Under the pieces are notes generated by a model. That model was given only the letters and a program-made list of their open reading frames with translations. It was not told the origin of the DNA and searched no databases. 30,257 bases of DNA from a virus (Duplodnaviria > Caudoviricetes), in the IMG/VR virus record IMGVR_UViG_3300036398_000221, positions 1-30,257 of that record, one strand, 5' to 3'. Position 1 is the first letter of the stretch; each line of letters starts with the position of its first letter. This document shows, in pieces, positions 6,993 through 15,900 of this stretch. A program made the position numbers and the translations under genes.

Positions 6993-9900
6993 ATGAGTGA
7001 TGTTAATGCCAATATTGGCGTACATATTGATACGTCGTCCGCATTAGCAGAACTCAAAAATCTACAACGTCAACTTGCAAATTTCCACGCATCAATAGCA
7101 AAAACTAGTGCCGCAGCAACAATGGCACAAAAGGGATTGCAAAACAATCTCCTGAATTCTATCAATGCTACGGGGCAGTTTTCTGCCACGATGGGCACTG
7201 TTAGATCATCTACGGAGTCGTTTACTCACGCATTAGAGTCTAATAAACTTTCAATGCGTGAGTATTTCCGTTATGCTGGAGGGTCATCAAAAACCTTTGG
7301 AAGACTGTTCAGACAAGAGTTTGACACAATTGGCAAGGTAGCAGAAGATCGTGTCAAGAAGATGCAGACTCAATATATTAAGATGGGTCGTGACGCTAGC
7401 GGTGCTATAAAGGCTATGGCAATTACGCCACAAACCTTGAACATGAACGACTATGCCACAAAGACAGCATTAGCAGCACAAAAACAAGCACTTTTTAATC
7501 AGGTAGTTAGACAAGGATCAACTAGCCTTTTAAACTTTGGTAAGAATACACAATGGGCTGGCCGCCAACTTATGGTTGGTTTTACAATTCCGCTTGCTTA
7601 CTTTGGCACAACTGCTTCTAAGGTATTTATGGATCTTGAAGCGCAGGCTATCAAGTTTAAGCGTGTTTATGGCGATATGTTTACAACTGCCGATGAAACA
7701 AACAAAGCATTAGCAGAAGTTGAAAAATTAGCAGAAGGTTTTACTAAGTATGGAGTTGCAGTAAGTAAGACTATGGAAATGGCAGCAGCGGCTGCGGCAA
7801 TGGGTAAAACTGGTGCAGACCTCACAGCGCAGGTATCTGAAGCAACCAGACTTGCAGTCCTTGGTGGCGTTGAACAAGAGCAGGCGCTTGAAACTACAAT
7901 TTCTCTTACAAATGCTTTTGGTATAGCAGCAGAAGATCTTGCATCAAAAATTAACTTCCTTAACTCTGTAGAAAACCAAACAGTTGTATCTATTGAAGAT
8001 CTGACAATTGCAATTCCAAAAGCAGGACCAGTTGTTCAACAACTTGGCGGAGATGTAGAAGATTTAGCATTCTTCCTTACAGCAATGAAGGAGGGTGGAA
8101 TTAATGCATCAGAAGGCGCTAACGCACTTAAGTCTGGTCTTGCGTCATTAATTAACCCAAGCACAAAAGCAAGTAAAATGCTTGCAGAACTTGGTATAAA
8201 TATTAAGGCGATAGTTGAAGGAAATGATGGTAATGTCAGACAAACTGTAATTGATTTTTCAAAAGCACTTGACACACTTGACCCCCTTAATCGTGCTCGT
8301 GCAATTGAACAATTATTTGGTAAGTTCCAGTTTTCTCGTTTGTCAACACTGTTTCAAAATGTAACCAAAGAAGGAACACAGGCAAGTAAAGTTTTAAAGA
8401 TGGCTGGCGCTTCAATAGAAGAACTTGCAATTTTATCTGAACGAGAATTAAAAACAGTAGAAAACTCTGTTGGTGTACAGTTTAAATCAGCGGTAGAAGA
8501 ACTTAAATTGGCAATTGCCCCAATTGGAAAGACCTTCCTTGAAGCAGTAACTCCAATCATTAAAACCATTGGAGGCCTTCTTGATAAGTTTAATAACCTT
8601 GGAGATGGAACAAAGAAGTTTATTGTAATTGCTTCTACCCTTGTTGGCATTATTGGTCCAACACTTTTGATGACCTTTGGTTTGCTTGCTAACGGTGTAG
8701 CAAACATCATTAAACTATTTCTTGCTCTTCGTGGAGGATTTTTAAGATTAGGCGGAAATAGTAAGATTCTTGCAGAGCAAACTAACTATTTGAATGCAGA
8801 ACAGTTAGAATCAGCAACAGTTGCCGCATCTCTTAATCAGGCACACACAAGACTTACACAATCATTTACTGCAGAAACTTCTGCTGTAAGAGCACTCAGA
8901 CAGGCATACATAGAAGCAACATTAGCCGCAGCAAATTTTGCTAGAGCAAACCCAGGAATGATGATGCCAGGAGGCGCCAAGGTCCCTAAGAAGTTTTCAA
9001 GAGGAGCAACCTATGTTCCAGGAACAGGAAACAAAGACACAGTTCCATCTATGCTTACTCCTGGAGAAGCAGTAATACCAAAACGAGTTGCACAAGACCC
9101 TAGGTTCCAGCCAATAATTGATGCAATGGTTAACGGCAATCTTCAAGGGTTTTCAGAAGGATCAGTCAGTGTAGGATCAAAGTCATTTAAAACAAGTAGT
9201 CAAAAAACTGCAAGAGATCTTGAAAAGACAATTGCTGAACTGATATCTAAGGGAATTCCTGAAGAAAAAATTGTTCGTGCATTAGAAAGAAATATTGAGC
9301 GTGGCCGCCCAATGAATGCCTCACAATTAAAGAGAAGACTTTCTATTGGTAGAGGTTCTTCATCTGGATCATCTGCTCCTTCATCAATAAGAACACTTGC
9401 AAAGCAGTCCCAATCTGGGTTCCTTCAAGAAACAGAAGCGGTAAAGAAAGCATTAAAGGAACAAGGCGTAGTATTAACTCCTGCACAAGAAAAGAATTTG
9501 TTTAATGTTCAAGCGTCCCACATTGATGAAGCACGAACTGGTGGAGTAAAAGAGTGGAAGGCCAATAATCTTGTTGCTGATTTAGGATATGTAAATAACT
9601 ACATCAACACAGTAAAGGGTAAACTTGGAACAGATTTACTTAAGATGACTGATGCTAGATTACAAGAACTTGGCATTGACAGAAAAGAACTTCAAAAACT
9701 TCAGGCTGGAACACACCCAACTACAGCGGACGCAGCAAAAACATTAAGAGCAGTTGCACAATACGACTCAATTCGTAATCCAGCATCCTATCAGGCAAAA
9801 GCAGTTGTTGCTGGGCTAGAGCATAGATCTAGAACTGGTTTTTATGCACAACCAATGAAGACATTGGCAGAGACTCAACCAGTTTCAAGCAGGGCAGAAA

Positions 9901-12900
9901 GAGCAATAAAGTCTAGAGTAGACTTAATAGAGCAAGAAAAAAATGCAAGAGCAGGTAACGACTCTCAGCAGATAATGAAACAAATAGATAGAGACATAAG
10001 AAGAAGCGCATTAGGAAAACAATCTCCAACAAACTTTGGAACTCAAATATCTCCAACAACTGGGCATAGTTTTCCAGTTAAAGGTTTGGGTGGCGTTTAT
10101 CAAAAGCCAGACGGAACCCTAGCATTTGTTAAGCCAGTTATTGATGCAAAAGCGGCATTGGCTGAACAAAGAGCAACAATTATTGCAAGAGATGTACATG
10201 GTCTAGATGCGCCTGAACAGCAAATTAGAACTATGCTTGACCCAACAGATCCAACAGGAAAAAGAAAACTTATTGTACTAGAGTCTCCTTTTGATCCTAG
10301 GTTTGATCCAAGTAAGATGACTGGCAAATTTACAAAAGATCAATACTTTAGACAACTCGTTGCTGCAAACCTGCGTGGAGACAAAGACTTAGGAAGAGGA
10401 AATCTTTCAGGAAATGTGCTTGCAGATGTTGGAACTGCAGGAGTTTTTGAAAAGGCTTCAGGAAAAAGAGATTTTGCTAAAACTATGCCTTCTATGGCAG
10501 AGCAAGCAAAGATTAATCTTCTTGGAGTAAAGGGCGGAGCAAAAAGATTCTTTGCCGAATCAACACTTGATATTCCTAGAGGAATGACTGCAGACGAATA
10601 CCACAGTAGAATGATAAAAGAAATTGACAAGGTTCTTCCAAAACTAAGGGATACTCTTTCAAGGCTTGATCTAACACCTGCAGAAAAAACTGTCTACTCT
10701 GGAATGGTAGCAAGACTTGAAGAAGGAAGAAAAGTTAACTGGAGAGAATTCCACAAGATGCATTCTTCTGCTCTTGTAACTAAAAAAGAAGCACTCCAGG
10801 ATAAAAAGACTGGTGATATAACAGCGATTAAAGGCAAGCCAAAACCTAAAAGGGCTGTATCAAGTTCTGGCAAAATATCTGACAGCGTAATTACTCAAAT
10901 TCCTCCAGGTAAAACAGTTGTTCAAAAACCAAAGGGATTTATTAGTTCTCGTATTGCAGGTAAGTTTATGCTTCCAGGCTATGCGAAAGCCCCTACTGCA
11001 GCAGGTGCAACCATTGGAGATATTTCTCAATCACAAAGACTGTCAAGGGCACAAATTCTTGCTGCTACAGAAAAAATAAGTTTAAACCAGGCCAAAAAGA
11101 AAATTGCAGCAGAGGCAAAACTAATTGCTGCTATGAAAGAAACAACAGAAGCACAAAAAACAACAAAAGAAAAACTAACAAACTTTAGTAACAAGGCAAA
11201 TCTTGGTATGGGTGCAATGAGTGGTTTGACAATTGCAGCATCCTTTGCTGGTGGAAGACTTGGAGAAGTGGCTAACACACTTATGCCATTTGTATTTGGT
11301 CTTCAGGGTATTGTATTGTTGTTGCCTCTATTGGCTAATCCTTGGGTTGCCGCAATCGCTGCCATCGCAGCGGTAGGTGGAATGATGTGGAAACTGGCTC
11401 GTGATGTTGAAAATGCGAGAAAAGAAGGAGTTAATCTTGCTAAGGCAATGAGTATGACTTCTGAAAAACTACAAAGTCTTTCATCCATAACTGGGACAGT
11501 AAGTGCTACGGAAGCAGCAGACAGAAAACGACAAAATACATTAACTGGTGAAAGTGCAGTTCAAAGAAAAGTTGGTCAAAATATTCTTGGTAGTGATTTT
11601 GGTAAAGGTCTTTTGGCTGATATTGAAAAACAAGCAAAGTCTGGACAAGGAATTCAAGAAATTGGTAGAAATATATCTACCAGTCTTTCTTATGCAATTA
11701 TTCAAGGAGTAATAACAACAGACCAAGCAAAAAGTATTGCTTCTGCACTTGGAGAAGAACTAAAGAGTTATGAAATACCAGCAGTTATTAGCGGTAGATT
11801 AGTTAAACTTTTTGGACCTAATGGTGAAAACCTAGCAACAGATCCTCTTAAGATTACTCTTGAAATTCAAGAAGAGTCAATGACTAGACAGGCTGACTTC
11901 TTTAAGACTGCGCTTGAACAATCAGTTAGCACAATAACATTTACAAACTTAGGAAATGTTGTCACGGGCGGCGTTATGGCAGCCATAGGTGGAACCATGG
12001 CAGTAGCAGGCGTTCCAGCCTTTGCTGCAGGCGGAGTACCAGGTGTTGGGCTTATGGCATCAGGAACTGCTCTAACGGCGGCAGGTACAGCAAAGGTAGC
12101 ATCTGGATTTTCAGATCAAAATCAACGTAGAGAAGTAAATGCAAACCTTGGTGCCGCAGCCCTACAACTTGGTTTAGAGCAAGTAGTTCTAAACAATGGG
12201 CTAGTTGACTCATTAAATAAACAGTATGAAATTAAACTTAAGATGGCTCAAACAGATGCCGAAATTAAAAAAATTGAAGATGAAAGAGCAGCAGCAATAG
12301 ATGCACTTAATGCAAAAAATACAGAAGCGCTAAATCTTCTTATTTCTCAAAAAGATGCTTTTGGCCCAGAAATATTTACTAAGGGTATAAATGCAGCAAT
12401 AGATGCACTTTATCCAACAGGACCTCTTAAGGTTTTTGCTGATGAAGCAAAGAAAGAACTAGAAGGAATTAAAGATGCAGACTTTAAGGCACTGCTACAG
12501 GTTCAATTTGCTGGTGGTGCACTTGACCCAGTAACCATAATGAAACTTGCCAACAACCAAGAACTACAAAGTAAATTTACAGTTATGGTTGAACAGCAGG
12601 GTAGTGAGCAGGCAAACCTAGTAATGCAACTACTTATGAAGGCTGGAACAGACGAAACTAACCTTCCAATCTTTATGGACATTTTAAATAAAGATAAAAA
12701 GAATTTTGATAAAAACCTTGATGCTATTTCAGTTCTCGCTAACATGCAACAAAAATATGGAATAACAATTGATGTTAATGATGACGGCGTAACACAGATT
12801 AAAGAAGTTGTTGCAGTAACCGACAAACTAAAAGGAATAAAAAATGAAGAACTTTCTAAAGAGGCATTCTTTGATCTTGGAATAACTGGAGATATGACAG

Positions 12901-15900
12901 GACCAGACTTTGATAAACTCTGGACCACTCTTGTCGGAACAGCAAATACAATTAACAAAAAGGTAGTAATTGACTTTGTTGCTTCTCAGGACAAGAATGT
13001 CGTAGATCAGTATATGGCTGCTATGGGAATTACTGCTCCAAAGGGCAGGCTTGGAGCAATGCTTCGTAAATCACTTGAGCCAAAAGCAGCAGCATGGAAT
13101 ACTGGAAGACAGGGTAAGGTTACTGTAGATCCCGATCCGACTGAAGAGACGGATGTAACAACAACAGGAAGAAACACAGTATTTGATAGTATACTTCAAG
13201 ATCTTAAAAACACTAGAAATGCAACTATTAATGCCATGGGTGGTGCTAAAGAATTAATGCGTATTCTTGGCGGTAAAAAAGATATACAGTTATTTAATGG
13301 AATAGATCAACAACTATCTAAGTTGGGGGCTAACTCTGATTTTATAGACTTTGTTGGTGGGCTAGAAAATGCTGTTAAAGAAAAAATTATTAAGATTAAC
13401 AAGCAGGGAGTTGTTTCATACGGAGAATTTGGTGAGGCAGCCAAGAAGGCATTTGATGAAAAACAACTTGGAGCGTTTAGTTCTAAGTCAGCAATAGCAA
13501 TAAAAGAATTACAAGGGCAGCGTTCAGGGTTTGTGGCACTAAGGGCTGCTGGAGTTGAGACCGCAGATGCCGTTGAAATGGTTGCAGATGCCACGTTCAT
13601 GGTTTCTCTTGCTGCTCAAAAAAATCCTGAAGAAATTAAAAGAATGACCGATGAGTGGAAGATAATGAAGAGAGAGATGGATCTTACCACCGCCGCAACA
13701 AATCCACAAGAATATTTCAATGACCAGATGGCTATTGCAGAAAGACAACTTAGTCATCAAGAAGAGATGGCAAGAAGAACTTACGAACCACAAATTGAGG
13801 CTACAGAGAAATTAGTTAAAGCAAACAACATCCTTATTGAGCAGGCACAGCGTAAACTTGAACTAGATGCTACATATGGTAGCCGACAAATTGACAAGAT
13901 TAATGCTGAGATTGATGCATTAAACAGACAGATTGCCACAGGGATAGATGCGACAATTCAAGCACTTTCAGAAGAGTCAGCCAAACTCTCTGAAGACCAA
14001 GCAACCATTGCTAAAACAGTTGATGCTATTAATGAAAAATATGATTTACAAGAAGAAGCACTTTCAAAAATATCAGATCTAAATAAAGATATTATTGATG
14101 AAAAGAAAACTCAGATATCTCTTGCTGATGCATTAACACGAGGAGATATTTCAGCAGCAGCCCAGGCTGCAGAAGATATGAGGTCCGCTTCTGCAAGTCG
14201 AGCACTTAGTTCTGCCTCAGATGCAATTTCTTCAGCAAGAGGGTTTGAGGTTGACGCAGTTACTGGATCTATAACTGGAAAAAATTCATCTGCTATTACA
14301 GAAAGACAATATCAGATTGATCGTGAAACATATAGACTTGGAGTAGAACGTGCCAAGACAGAAGCATTAATTGCAGCAAAACAAGAAGAAATCTATAAGA
14401 TTGACTTGTTGCGTAAACCAATTCTTGCAGAAATTACAAGACTTGAAGATCTTAATTATAATTATCTAAACAATGAAATTCCTTTATTAAGAAGTAAGTT
14501 AGACCAAGAACTTTCAGCAATTGATGCTCAACGTGAAAAGTGGACAACTGCACAACTTGCTATTGATTCTGCTAATTTAAGCACCGAAACATTTAAGGGC
14601 AAACTTGAAAAAGCAGAAAGTTTTGTAGACTCTATAGCAAAACTATGGGGAAAGATTACAGACAAAGATGTTAAAATAACAATTCAAACAATTGAAGAAG
14701 TTATTAAGCAACAGGCATCATTCGTAAAAGCAGGAACTGTAACAACACAAAGTGGAGCAGTCATAGCAGTAGATGCTAACGGAAGAGCAGCAGATGGATC
14801 TGTTCCTATATCGAAGTCTTCTGAAACTTCAGGAACAACGCTAGTTCCTGTTCCTAATTTTACTCCATACCTAGATCCACCAAAGAACACACTAAGCCCA
14901 GGAGATAAAGGCTTTGTTGGTCCCGTTGCACCAGAACCACCTATTGTAACTCCAAAGGCAACAACAAACTCCGCAAGAAGGCTTATGCCATTAGAAAGGC
15001 TGGCTCTTGCTAAGGGTGGAATGGTTCCTAACAATTTTATTGCTGGAGAATATGCCCAGGGAACAGATACAGTTCCAGCAATGCTTACTCCAGGAGAATA
15101 TGTACTAAGAAGAGATGCAGTAAAGAAGTATGGAGTTAAGCAACTTGATGCAATGAATGTTGGATATTATGACAAGGGTGGAGAAGTATCTAAGTTTGCA
15201 TCAAGACCAAAATATGGAATAAAATCTAATCCTGAAGAAAAAGGTATAGGTAGTTTCTTTAAAAAGAGTGACCGAGATAAATGGACCGCAGAATCTAAGT
15301 ACAATAGTTTTCTGTCTACACACGCTAGAAAACTGGCAGAACGAGATAAACGAATACAAGAAATGCTTAACAAGTCTCCTCTTACGTCTTGGATGGGCGC
15401 AGAAGGTCTTGGTACTTCTGGTTTACTTAAGTCCATGACTGGACAGGGAACTAAGTCTGACAAAGTTATGGCTGCACTATTCCCACTAAATTTCATGGGT
15501 ATGGGAAAATTTACTAAAGAAGGATCAAAAGCAATAAAACCAGTATCTTCTGGAGTTGAAGAGTTGGGTTCAAAGATTTTGAAAGACAACTTAGTAACTA
15601 AAATATCATCAATGCTTCCAAAAATAAGTGCTCCTGCTGGCAAATTTATGGGCACACTAAAGAAAATAATTAATTTACCACAAACCAGAAGAGCAGAAAT
15701 AATAGCAGCAGAAGCAGCAGAAGCAAGAAAAACCGCAGAGGCTGTAGAGTTTCTTAAAAATAATCCACCAGCATCAAGGCCTACTGGTCCTGGTGCGCCA
15801 CCATCACTATGGGATGGGGTAGACGATAGTTCTGGCATGCCTGATGATTTTTGGACTTCTATAGATGATGCTCCTGTTGATCCTAATAGTTTTTTCATGC

